Source: Bacteroidota bacterium
GTDB lineage: Bacteria > Bacteroidota > Bacteroidia > NS11-12g > UBA9320
Assembly: GCA_016124755.1 (NCBI GenBank)
Contig: WGNA01000005.1
Coordinates: 178,684-242,683 of the forward strand
DNA length: 64,000 nt
Direction: 5' to 3'
Of this stretch, positions 9,995 through 18,581 are shown in pieces; the stretch's first letter is position 1, and every line of letters starts with the position of its first letter. The notes beneath the pieces were generated by a model. It made no database searches. It was not told the origin of the DNA and saw only the letters and a program-made list of their open reading frames with translations. Position numbers and translations under genes: made by a program.

Positions 9995-10916
9995 TAATTT
10001 CTAATTTAAACATTTCTAATTCCTGCCGAACTGCTTTTCGGTTCAGCTTGCCTAAATATTTGCATCTGATAAATAATTCGGGTAAAGCCTTCACTTTTTG
10101 AAATCCGAATTTTTCGGGCAACTTGCTGTAAACCGAAACCGGAGGCATCGAATATCGCAACAGTTTATAATGTGCACCGGAGCTATTTGTATGATACCAG
10201 ATGGTTTTAAAACCAAGTTGCTTTCGGATAAAATGTATTGCTGCCGACAACAGAAGTTCATCCCAAAACGTGAGATAAGCTCTTACCCGATTGAGATAGC
10301 GCAACTCCTTTTGTATTTCCGGTTTGGATTTCAACATTCCTTGTGCTTCCAGAATGCCAATCTTATGGAATCGCGTTCTCACTTGCCGGATCCAATCGGA
10401 TTGAACTTCTTCAATAAGCACTTCGTTCGTTTCAAAACTCAGATCCATTCGAACCCAACCCACAGAATTCAGCTTTTCATGAGACGGATGTATACTCGTA
10501 TTAAAGTCTGAACGGTCATCAACATTCTCGACAAATAAGCGGTCGAATTCCCGGCTGAGGTTTACCTGAAGAACCAGATTGGGTTCGGGCCGGCTCACCT
10601 GAAAATAGCCAGACTTTCCCCATTTTTCATGTTCTCCCCAAACCGTTGTTGTGAGATGATGCAGATACGTTTCTTCATCCCAACGATTGAGCAAAGGATC
10701 CAGATCAATACAACCATTTCCGGCATTTTTTAACACCGACCGAAATACCGGTTTTTCAATTAATCTAGAAAAATTACTTTGCTTAACTTCTTTAACTGAA
10801 ATCTGATTCCCAAAATTCAGGTGCAGCAATTCAACTGCGTATTTATCTTTAAAATATGGATACGAAAATTCTTCATCAAGACATTGCCGAATCCATGAAA
10901 TATCATGAATATTCAT
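9987..10916 (-). CDS. uncharacterized basic W/Y-rich 309-aa protein translationally coupled to rtcB
   Basis: Its stop overlaps the rtcB start by 8 bp on the same strand. There is no signal peptide and I recognise no family motif. Confidence 0.55.
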   Translation of the reverse strand: MNIHDISWIRQCLDEEFSYPYFKDKYAVELLHLNFGNQISVKEVKQSNFSRLIEKPVFRSVLKNAGNGCIDLDPLLNRWDEETYLHHLTTTVWGEHEKWGKSGYFQVSRPEPNLVLQVNLSREFDRLFVENVDDRSDFNTSIHPSHEKLNSVGWVRMDLSFETNEVLIEEVQSDWIRQVRTRFHKIGILEAQGMLKSKPEIQKELRYLNRVRAYLTFWDELLLSAAIHFIRKQLGFKTIWYHTNSSGAHYKLLRYSMPPVSVYSKLPEKFGFQKVKALPELFIRCKYLGKLNRKAVRQELEMFKLEING

Positions 10917-11125
10917 TTTGCTGTTGTTTGGAGCACCAGCAAAATGGCCGGCACTCCGATTAAATTTTATATATCATTTCTAACTGGAGATTTAACCCCG
11001 GAGAAGCCCGGGAAACTTGCTTCAAATTATCCCGGACTTATAAAAAGCACTGTTTGAGCGCTTCCTTTTCTGAAGACTGGTTTTAATGCGATTCATTTTT
11101 GTTTTTATGCTTTAAATTCTGGTTC

Positions 11126-11153
11126 AAAAAAAAATCCCGGTGTTGGCCGGGAT
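11126..11153 (-). terminator. strong rho-independent terminator on the minus strand with no upstream ORF (orphan)
   Basis: The reverse strand reads ATCCCGG-ccaaca-CCGGGAT followed by a T9 run. On the plus strand an A9 run precedes it, so it could act bidirectionally. Confidence 0.6.
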
Positions 11154-11654
11154 TTAATCTTTTTATTATTCCTGTTCAGGAAATCCCATTACCAATCCGG
11201 TGATATGTTTTTATCGTTTATCATTTTCGTGCGGCAAAAAAGCATTTGATGATTTAATTATTCAACATCGGAATAAAAGGTCAACACAAAATTTACAATT
11301 TCAAATTTGATGTTTCTCCGCTTTATTCAACCAACTTGTTGGATCACTTCCATTTTAATACAAAATGAAATGTGCGAAGCGGATCTTAAAACAAGAATAG
11401 GAACGCGTGTGTGGGCCGTCGGGACTTTGTCATTTGGTAGAAAATCGGGGAAAGTGCTTGACGCTTCTTTCACCAGATTTTCAACAAATGAGAAAGGGCG
11501 CTTGCCAGCTTTCTTTCCGACTTGATTTTTTGCTTACTTTTTTATCAATAAAAAAGTGAGAAAAGAGATGGTACATCGTTACCCAAACTAATTTACAAGA
11601 TTGACGTAACCAAACAGAGAAGCATTTAAAATTTAATCATTTCGAAAAAGAAGA

Positions 11655-11670
11655 TGTGACGAATCTCACA
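11655..11670. promoter_or_regulatory. perfect CRP/FNR-type palindrome TGTGA-N6-TCACA about 100 bp upstream of the TonB-dependent receptor gene
   Basis: The sequence is TGTGACGAATCTCACA. It is flanked about 55 bp on each side by inverted ACGTAACC / GGTTACGT copies at about 11604 and 11726. Confidence 0.4.
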
Positions 11671-11770
11671 CCCGATCTCAAGAAATTGTTAACAGTAATT
11701 CGATAAAATTGCCTTAACCGTTTTGGTTACGTACAGGTCGAACCTTTGCCCAAATGCAAAGTAATTTGAC

Positions 11771-14700
11771 ATGACTAAAACGATCTTTAAAACACTTTTT
11801 CTGCTGATGCTTTCGGCAGGGATTTACCTTCAAACTTTCGGACAGGGTGTTACCTCTGCCTCGATGTTTGGAACGGTTACCGACGCAGACGGAACTCCTC
11901 TGGTCGGTGCAACAGTACTGGCAATTCACACTCCATCGGGCAGTCGCTACGGCACTATTACCCGTGAAGATGGGGAGTACAACATTCAGGACCTTCGGGT
12001 TGGCGGACCTTACGAAGTAACCATTTCCTTCACTGGTCACAACAACTCCGTTACAACCGACATTTACCTTGAACTGGGTCAGGCTTTTAAAGTTGATGCA
12101 AAACTTCAATCGAACACCACAGTGCTTTCTACTGCGGTTGTGGGAGTTGAACGAAGTGCGCTCAACACGACCAACACCGGCGCGCAATCGATTGTAAACA
12201 ACGAGCAAATCACAGCACTGCCAACCATTTCAAGATCTATTGCGGATTACACACGAACAAACCCGTTGGCAACCACAACAAGCGATAACGTAATCTCAAT
12301 CGCCGGTAACAACAACCGATTCAACTCCATCTTTATCGACGGGGCGGTGAATAACGATGTTTTCGGACTTGCAGCATCGGGCACCAATGGCGGACAAACC
12401 GGAGGTTCTCCAATTTCACTCGATGCGATCGATCAGATTCAGATTGTAGTTGCACCGTATGATGTTACGATTGGTGGTTTCTCTGGTGGAGGTATTAATG
12501 CCGTTACCCGAAGCGGAACAAATAAAACCCAGAGTTCGGTTTATTACCTTTTCAGAAATCAGAATCTCGCAGGTAAAACTCCGACAGATAATGCCAGTGT
12601 AACACCGGTAAAACTTGCCGATTTCTCTTCAACCACTTTCGGAGCCAGAGTCGGAGGAGCAATTAAAAAGGATAAATTATTCTATTTCATCAGTGTTGAA
12701 GGACAACGCGAAACCACTCCGCAGCCTTTCAACTTTGCCGATTATAAAGGAACTTCTAATCAGTCACAGGTTGATGCTTTTCAGGCGAAACTGAAAAATT
12801 CGTATGGTTACGACGCCGGTGGTTACCTCGACAACGCGAACGAACTGAACTCCAACAAAATCTTTATCAGACTCGACTACAACCTGAGTCAGAAGACTAA
12901 AATGATGTTGCGACACAGCTATACATACAACGAGAATATCGCTGCGAACCGATCTTCATCCAATGCAATCAACTTTTACAACAACGGAATTTATTTCCCG
13001 AGCACAACTAATTCCTCGGCATTAGAATTCTCAACCGCCATTAGTGCTAAAAAATCGAACAAACTGATTCTTGGCTTTACACGGGTAAACGACGACCGCG
13101 ATCCGATGGGCAGCGACTTTCCATACCTGATTGTGAAAGACGGCTCCGGAACTTTATACGCAGGAAGCGAGCAGTATTCAACCGCAAACCAGTTGAAGCA
13201 AAACATTATTACACTTACCGACAACTTCAAAGTGTACAACGGTAAACACAACTTCACATTCGGAACACACAATGAATTTTACGATATGTACAATCTCTTC
13301 ATTCGGCAGAATTACGGGGTTTATACCTATTCTTCACTGGCTTCTTTTATGGCCGGAGATTCGGCAGATTACCAGAGAGGTTATTCATTAGTTGACAAAA
13401 AAACCGGTGACGGATCTGCTGCTGCTGCCAGTTTTAAAGCCATGCAACTCGGATTTTATGCTCAGGATGCATACAACGTGAACAAGAAATTGAAACTAAC
13501 CGGAGGTATCCGATTAGATGTTCCGATGATTCTTGATGATCCGTACAACAACGAAAAATTCAACAACACCACAGTTGCATTGATCGAAGCTCAGGGTTAT
13601 GATATGGACGGCGCAGTTGCCGGCAAAGCTCCGGGTGCTCAGTTGATGTTCTCTCCAAGACTCGGTTTCAACTACGACATGCAAGGCGATAAAACCTTTG
13701 TTCTGCGAGGCGGATCAGGAGTGTTCACCAGCCGTGTTCCATTTGTTTGGCCGGGAGGTATGTTTACCAACAACGGTTACACAGTAGGTGGCGTTTCCGG
13801 CAAATCCATTCCTTTCAATCCGAACTGGGAAAACCAGCCGGAAGCATCTTATTTTGGTGGAACAGACGCAGTTCCTTCCGGAGAGATGAACGTTTTTACC
13901 AAGAACTTCAAATATCCTCAGGTTTGGAAAACCAGCTTTGGTCTTGACAAATCGTTGCCGGGTAAATTCAAACTCACATTTGAAGCGATCTTCTCAAAGA
14001 CCCTTCACAACATGACCGTTTACAATTACAACATCAAACCCAGCACGGTTAATCTTGATGGTGGTCCGGATACTCGTCCGATTTACAACCGAAAAGACCC
14101 GATCGACAAAACCTACACCGGTATTTATGTTATCGGAAATACCAACAAAGGATATTCATACAACCTAATGGTTCAACTTCAAAGACTTGCCAACAAAGGT
14201 CTGTTCGGAAGCATCGCCTATACCTTCGGAGAATCAAAATCGGTTAACGACGGAACTTCTTCACAGAACTCTTCAAACTGGAGATACAACGAACAGGTGA
14301 ACGGCCGAAACAACCTTCCGGTTACTTATTCTGATTTCGATCTCGGTCATCGAATCAACGGTTACTTAGCTTACAGCAAATCATACAAGAAGAACTACAG
14401 AACTACTGCTTCATTATTCTTTAATGCTCAAAGCGGAAGAAGATTCTCGTATGTAATCCGAAACGGAAACCTCATGACGAACGAAGATTCAGGAGATAAC
14501 GATTTGATCTTTATTCCGGATAATCAGGCCGACATCAAATTGGTTGATTACAAAGACGCAAACGGAAACGTAGTAACTGCCGCTCAACAATGGGCTAATC
14601 TCAACGACTACATCAACGACGATAAATATCTCAGCAAACACCGAGGAGAATATGCATCCCGAAACGGAGCAAGACTTCCTTTCCAGACCGTTGTTGATTT

Positions 14701-14992
14701 CCGTTTGTTGCAGGAATTCCAGATCATGAACAACGGAACCAAACACAATCTTCAGGTTTCGCTCGACATCTTCAACTTCACTAATCTTTTGAATACAAAG
14801 TGGGGACGTCAGTATTTCATGAGCAACGATCAGTACGCATTATATGAATTCGCCGGATTTGAAAGCGGTACTAAGAAACCTACTTACTACTACAAAGGAA
14901 CCGGTGAAGCTAAGCCATGGACAATCGACGATTCCGGAGTGAGCAGTTCAAGATGGCAAGCTCAGATCGGTGTTCGATACAGCTTCAATTGA
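11771..14992 (+). CDS. TonB-dependent outer-membrane receptor with an N-terminal CarboxypepD_reg domain
   Basis: Signal peptide is present. The sequence GTVTDADGTPLVGATVLAIHTPSGSRYGTITREDGEYNIQDL is a carboxypeptidase-regulatory-like domain, followed by a plug region and a ~900-aa barrel ending in an aromatic terminus (RYSFN). No SusD-like gene lies downstream. Confidence 0.8.
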   Translation: MTKTIFKTLFLLMLSAGIYLQTFGQGVTSASMFGTVTDADGTPLVGATVLAIHTPSGSRYGTITREDGEYNIQDLRVGGPYEVTISFTGHNNSVTTDIYLELGQAFKVDAKLQSNTTVLSTAVVGVERSALNTTNTGAQSIVNNEQITALPTISRSIADYTRTNPLATTTSDNVISIAGNNNRFNSIFIDGAVNNDVFGLAASGTNGGQTGGSPISLDAIDQIQIVVAPYDVTIGGFSGGGINAVTRSGTNKTQSSVYYLFRNQNLAGKTPTDNASVTPVKLADFSSTTFGARVGGAIKKDKLFYFISVEGQRETTPQPFNFADYKGTSNQSQVDAFQAKLKNSYGYDAGGYLDNANELNSNKIFIRLDYNLSQKTKMMLRHSYTYNENIAANRSSSNAINFYNNGIYFPSTTNSSALEFSTAISAKKSNKLILGFTRVNDDRDPMGSDFPYLIVKDGSGTLYAGSEQYSTANQLKQNIITLTDNFKVYNGKHNFTFGTHNEFYDMYNLFIRQNYGVYTYSSLASFMAGDSADYQRGYSLVDKKTGDGSAAAASFKAMQLGFYAQDAYNVNKKLKLTGGIRLDVPMILDDPYNNEKFNNTTVALIEAQGYDMDGAVAGKAPGAQLMFSPRLGFNYDMQGDKTFVLRGGSGVFTSRVPFVWPGGMFTNNGYTVGGVSGKSIPFNPNWENQPEASYFGGTDAVPSGEMNVFTKNFKYPQVWKTSFGLDKSLPGKFKLTFEAIFSKTLHNMTVYNYNIKPSTVNLDGGPDTRPIYNRKDPIDKTYTGIYVIGNTNKGYSYNLMVQLQRLANKGLFGSIAYTFGESKSVNDGTSSQNSSNWRYNEQVNGRNNLPVTYSDFDLGHRINGYLAYSKSYKKNYRTTASLFFNAQSGRRFSYVIRNGNLMTNEDSGDNDLIFIPDNQADIKLVDYKDANGNVVTAAQQWANLNDYINDDKYLSKHRGEYASRNGARLPFQTVVDFRLLQEFQIMNNGTKHNLQVSLDIFNFTNLLNTKWGRQYFMSNDQYALYEFAGFESGTKKPTYYYKGTGEAKPWTIDDSGVSSSRWQAQIGVRYSFN

Positions 14993-15092
14993 TTACAGAT
15001 GCTCATCGCAAGATGATCTTAATACAATCAGTCAAGTACATTTTTCATTGATCCAAGGGGAGATTTATTCTCCCCTTTTTTTATCTGTTAAT

Positions 15093-16082
15093 ATGAAAGC
15101 ATTTATCCCTTTTATACTAATTGTCTGGTCTTTTAATTTATATGCACAGGATACCTTAAAAATTGCTTTTGGTTCCTGCAACCACCAGAACGATCCTCAG
15201 TTTTTTTTCGATTCCATTTCATTAAAAAAACCGGATTACTGGTTTTGGCTCGGTGATAATATCTATGCCGACACGAAGGATATGAGCAAGATGAAAAAGG
15301 ATTACGACAAGGTATCCAACAGTGTATCCTACCAAACGTTTACATCTAAAATTATCATTGACGGAACCTGGGACGATCACGACTACGGTGAAAACGACGG
15401 AGGAATTGAATATCCCAAAAAGCAGGAAAGTAAGGCTTTGTTCGCCGACTTTATAAAACCCGATTCCGCCTCCGGATTTTATGATCATCCGGGCGTTTAC
15501 CATTCCCGGAATATTCTCTTTGGCGAATTCAAAATCAAAACGATTTTTCTCGATACAAGATCCTTTCGATCACCTTTACGCGATGGCAAAAATTCGGGTA
15601 TGCGGTATCTCCCTTCGGATAGCGGCAGTATGTTAAATGAAGCGCAATGGATCTGGCTTGAAAAAGAACTAAAAGACACCACAGTGGATTTCTTCATAAT
15701 TGCTTCCAGTATTCAGGTAATCAGTGCGGAACACGGTTACGAAAAATGGGAAAATTTCCCGCACGAACGAAGCCGTCTGCTCAAACTTCTCAGCGGTAAG
15801 GATGCAATTATTCTGAGCGGAGACCGGCACATTGCAGAAATGTCGATGCTGCCATACGGAGAAAAGCAACTCTTTGATATTACTTCGAGCGGACTCACCC
15901 ACACCTGGAATAAATTTAGTTACGAACCAAACTCAAACCGGGTCGGCAGACAATTCGTGGCTAAGAATTTCGGAATGCTAATTTTAACCAGGGAAAACAA
16001 TGGCATCTCGGTTAAAATCGAACTTTGGGATTGGGAACATTCTCGTTTGCTTGAGACAGTTACCGTTTTTTATCCGCAATAA
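15093..16082 (+). CDS. PhoD-like metallophosphoesterase / alkaline phosphatase
   Basis: Start moved to the ATG that gives signal peptide MKAFIPFILIVWSFNLYAQ. Metallophosphatase motifs GDNIYAD, DDHDYGENDGG and GDRH are present. Confidence 0.6.
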   Translation: MKAFIPFILIVWSFNLYAQDTLKIAFGSCNHQNDPQFFFDSISLKKPDYWFWLGDNIYADTKDMSKMKKDYDKVSNSVSYQTFTSKIIIDGTWDDHDYGENDGGIEYPKKQESKALFADFIKPDSASGFYDHPGVYHSRNILFGEFKIKTIFLDTRSFRSPLRDGKNSGMRYLPSDSGSMLNEAQWIWLEKELKDTTVDFFIIASSIQVISAEHGYEKWENFPHERSRLLKLLSGKDAIILSGDRHIAEMSMLPYGEKQLFDITSSGLTHTWNKFSYEPNSNRVGRQFVAKNFGMLILTRENNGISVKIELWDWEHSRLLETVTVFYPQ

Positions 16083-16089
16083 AAACTCG

Positions 16090-16449
16090 TTATGTAAGCG
16101 GAACCGGCATTCCGTGCTGGCGCAAAAAAGTGAGTTGATCCCAGTATCCGCGTTGAAATACGATGAGATCATTTTGTATGTGAAAAAAGCCGCAGCCTCT
16201 TAAACCTTCCGGATCACGCCATTCTAAAATGGCCCATTCCCCATCTTCAAAAAGGGTTTCGATCAGGCAAACCATGTTGGCATTTGAGAACTCTTCCTCA
16301 AACATATTTTTGATGGTATCTCTTCCCTTAATCGGTTCCCGCACTACCTGATGATTAACAGCATTTTCATGATATAAGCCGGCGAGCTTCTCGGGATCTC
16401 CTTCATTAAAAGCGTCAACCCACTTCAGAATTAATTCTTTTGGTCTCAT
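16090..16449 (-). CDS. SnoaL/NTF2-like small protein
   Basis: Length is 119 aa. The pattern WVDAFNEGDPEKLAGLYHENAV...W..DPEG is typical of the SnoaL-like polyketide cyclase/NTF2 fold. Confidence 0.5.
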   Translation of the reverse strand: MRPKELILKWVDAFNEGDPEKLAGLYHENAVNHQVVREPIKGRDTIKNMFEEEFSNANMVCLIETLFEDGEWAILEWRDPEGLRGCGFFHIQNDLIVFQRGYWDQLTFLRQHGMPVPLT

Positions 16450-16547
16450 GCCCTGAATCTTTTGTAAGGCAAATTACTGGTGATGATTATACCTTGCGCC
16501 ACTTTGTGAGTTAAGATATTGTGAAATACATTACCATCTGAACAGGG

Positions 16548-18038
16548 TTGAAACCAAGTAAAAGCTTTCGAAATATTGCACCGTATGCAGTGGTTGTTTT
16601 ACTCACAGCCATTCCTCTGTTCGCGCATCTCGATTCGTGGCCGATACATCAATGGGATGAGTCGCGCCAGGCTTTTAACTCATATGAAATGTATAAGCAT
16701 CACAATTTTGTTGTGCCAACGATGCAGAACAAGGTTGAGAGATGGAATACAAAACCCCCTTTTTTTATCTGGCTTGAAGTCGGATTTATGCGGCTTATCG
16801 GTGTGAATGAAATGGCCGTTCGTTTGCCATCGGTGCTTTCCGGATTGTTGCTGTTTCTTGCACTGATTTTTCTGCTCAAGAAACTGGGTTTTAGCAGAAT
16901 CACGTCGATAGCCTGTTCGGTTTTATTACTATCTGCTAAAGGATATAATGGTCAGCATGGCTTGAGATTCGGTGAATTTGATGCGATGCTCACGTTCTGG
17001 ATTGTGGCTTTTCAGGTGTTTTGCTTCGCGGTTTATCTTACAAATGATACTGCAGAAATCAGAAAGAAATATCTGTGGTTAACGGTTTTAGGGTTCATCG
17101 GAGCGGTTTATACGAAAGCTATTACCGGATTATTTCTGGCACCGGTCGTTTTGGTTTTCGGTTTTGCATCGGGAAGATTTCAAAAAGAAAAATTAAGAAG
17201 CCTTGTATTGATGTCGGTAGTTGCGATTGCGGGCTGTCTCTCTTTTTATCTGATTCGGGAAATGTACGATCCGGGCTATATCAAAAGTGTAATGGCTAAT
17301 GATGTGATGGAACGTTTTTCGGCTCCGGTTGAACAGCATCAGGAAAACCGCTGGTATTATTTTAACGAAATGTATCATCAAACGGGAGTCTGGTTATTTC
17401 TGATTCCTGTGGTTTGGATTATGGCTTTTTTACACAAGAATTTTTCTAAAAGAAGAATTCTCGCATACGTAATTTCCTGTGCGGGGTTTTACTTCCTGAT
17501 TCTTCAATTAGCCGACACAAAAAATTTCTGGTACCTGATGCCGGTGGTTGTGCTGCTGGGAATTTCTTTTTTGCTGGCGCTTGAAATGTCGATTGATTTT
17601 ATCCGCGAAAAATGGTTTTCAGAACAAGATCAACGCGGATTTTCAATGATTCATTTGGCGATATTATCAGCTGTTTTAATTCAACCCTTCGTGGTTACCT
17701 GCCGCGTTACGTTGCACCAAAATCAAAATGTAGATGGCGATCATGGTTTTTATCGGGTTACGAATTACATCCGTAACGAATGGAGAACCGGCCAAAAAGG
17801 TTTGAAATGGAAATTTATTGATACCGAATACAGCGCTCACAACTGGTGGTATATTTCTCTCTTAAACGATCATGGAAACTCCATTCAATACTTCATTGAT
17901 CTGGATTCAATTGGCGCAGGTGATCAGGTGTTAATTCGTCAGCCCGAACTGCGGGATTCATTAGAAAAGATGTATACCTGCGATTATCTGCACGATGACT
18001 ATGCCTGCTGGTTGATGAAGCTTGAAGAGAAGAAATAG
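16548..18038 (+). CDS. polytopic membrane glycosyltransferase of the GT39/ArnT-PMT family (TTG start)
   Basis: Multiple transmembrane helices are predicted. The N-terminal segment contains AHLDSWPIHQWDESRQA, an ArnT/PMT-like first periplasmic loop with acidic residues. The track's first codon is TTG. Confidence 0.5.
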   Translation: MKPSKSFRNIAPYAVVVLLTAIPLFAHLDSWPIHQWDESRQAFNSYEMYKHHNFVVPTMQNKVERWNTKPPFFIWLEVGFMRLIGVNEMAVRLPSVLSGLLLFLALIFLLKKLGFSRITSIACSVLLLSAKGYNGQHGLRFGEFDAMLTFWIVAFQVFCFAVYLTNDTAEIRKKYLWLTVLGFIGAVYTKAITGLFLAPVVLVFGFASGRFQKEKLRSLVLMSVVAIAGCLSFYLIREMYDPGYIKSVMANDVMERFSAPVEQHQENRWYYFNEMYHQTGVWLFLIPVVWIMAFLHKNFSKRRILAYVISCAGFYFLILQLADTKNFWYLMPVVVLLGISFLLALEMSIDFIREKWFSEQDQRGFSMIHLAILSAVLIQPFVVTCRVTLHQNQNVDGDHGFYRVTNYIRNEWRTGQKGLKWKFIDTEYSAHNWWYISLLNDHGNSIQYFIDLDSIGAGDQVLIRQPELRDSLEKMYTCDYLHDDYACWLMKLEEKK

Positions 18039-18143
18039 CCTTCAGATAATTTAATCCCGAGTATTAATTTGAATGATATTCAGATTAATACTCGGGGAAT
18101 TTCGAATTTCATACGCAATCGAAGAATGTATGAAATTCGGAAG

Positions 18144-18218
18144 GGTGGATGATGGGGCTCGAACCCACGACCTCCGGAACCACAATCCGGCGCTCTAACC
18201 AGCTGAGCTACAACCACC
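18144..18218 (-). tRNA. tRNA-His (anticodon GTG) with an extra 5' G-1
   Basis: The reverse-strand cloverleaf has D-arm GCTCAGCTGGTTAGAGC, anticodon loop TTGTGGT and T-arm GTGGGTTCGAGCCCCAT. CCA is not encoded. I read one U-U in the acceptor stem. Confidence 0.85.
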
Positions 18219-18341
18219 GTGTTTTTGAGGGCTGCAAATATATAATCCGGAGAATATTTTACAACGCATCTTTTTATTCTGTTTTTTAAACGTGTGAACC
18301 AATTCTCCCCTGAAACCAATTAAAATTTTTAGATATACACC

Positions 18342-18381
18342 AGAGGGAAAGAGATGTCTTTAGAGGGAAAGAGATGTCTTT
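18342..18381. repeat. perfect 20-bp tandem duplication AGAGGGAAAGAGATGTCTTT x2
   Basis: Read directly from the sequence. It lies between tRNA-His and the TPR gene. Confidence 0.9.
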
Positions 18382-18438
18382 CCCCTACTCTGGTTCTTTT
18401 GTTCTCTCGTTCTTTCGCTCTTTGGCTCTTCAAATTCT

Positions 18439-18504
18439 GTTACCGTTACCGTTTCTGTTACAGTTACAGTTTCCGTTACAGTTACCGTTTCCCCTCCCGT
18501 TTCC
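18439..18504. repeat. hexamer array GTTWCN x11 with an 18-bp super-period (GTTACM GTTACM GTTTCY)
   Basis: The units are GTTACC GTTACC GTTTCT GTTACA GTTACA GTTTCC GTTACA GTTACC GTTTCC CCTCCC GTTTCC. The array is in frame with the downstream TPR ORF but lies upstream of its signal peptide. Confidence 0.9.
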
Positions 18505-18581
18505 CACACATGTGCAGAACAAAATATTCGGCCACCGTATACCGTAATTATCTTTGGCAGATTGTAGCCCTTAACGAACCT

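Noticed and set aside
11520-11770. Possible cobalamin/TPP riboswitch upstream of the TonB-dependent receptor
   Set aside because: I see no B12-box or TPP-box-like sequence. There is only a weak hairpin at about 11490-11530.
11714-12208. 164-aa antisense ORF
   Set aside because: It lies inside and opposite to the well-supported TonB-dependent receptor gene. It is Cys/Arg-rich low-complexity sequence typical of antisense frames.
14970-15092. Upstream extension of the PhoD-like ORF overlapping the receptor gene
   Set aside because: The signal peptide begins at the internal ATG 15093, so the extension is unlikely to be translated.
18080-18319. 79-aa ORF on the minus strand
   Set aside because: It is fully overlapped by tRNA-His, so it is spurious.
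18439-18504. CRISPR-like array?
   Set aside because: The units are 6 bp with no spacers, so this is a microsatellite-like tandem array, not a CRISPR.
18354-18581. Long N-terminal extension of the TPR ORF (MSLEGKRCLS...CYRYRFCYSYSF...) in the track
   Set aside because: It is translation of the 20-mer/hexamer repeat tract. A canonical signal peptide starts at the internal ATG 18582, so the extension is most likely non-coding and is kept as a repeat finding.
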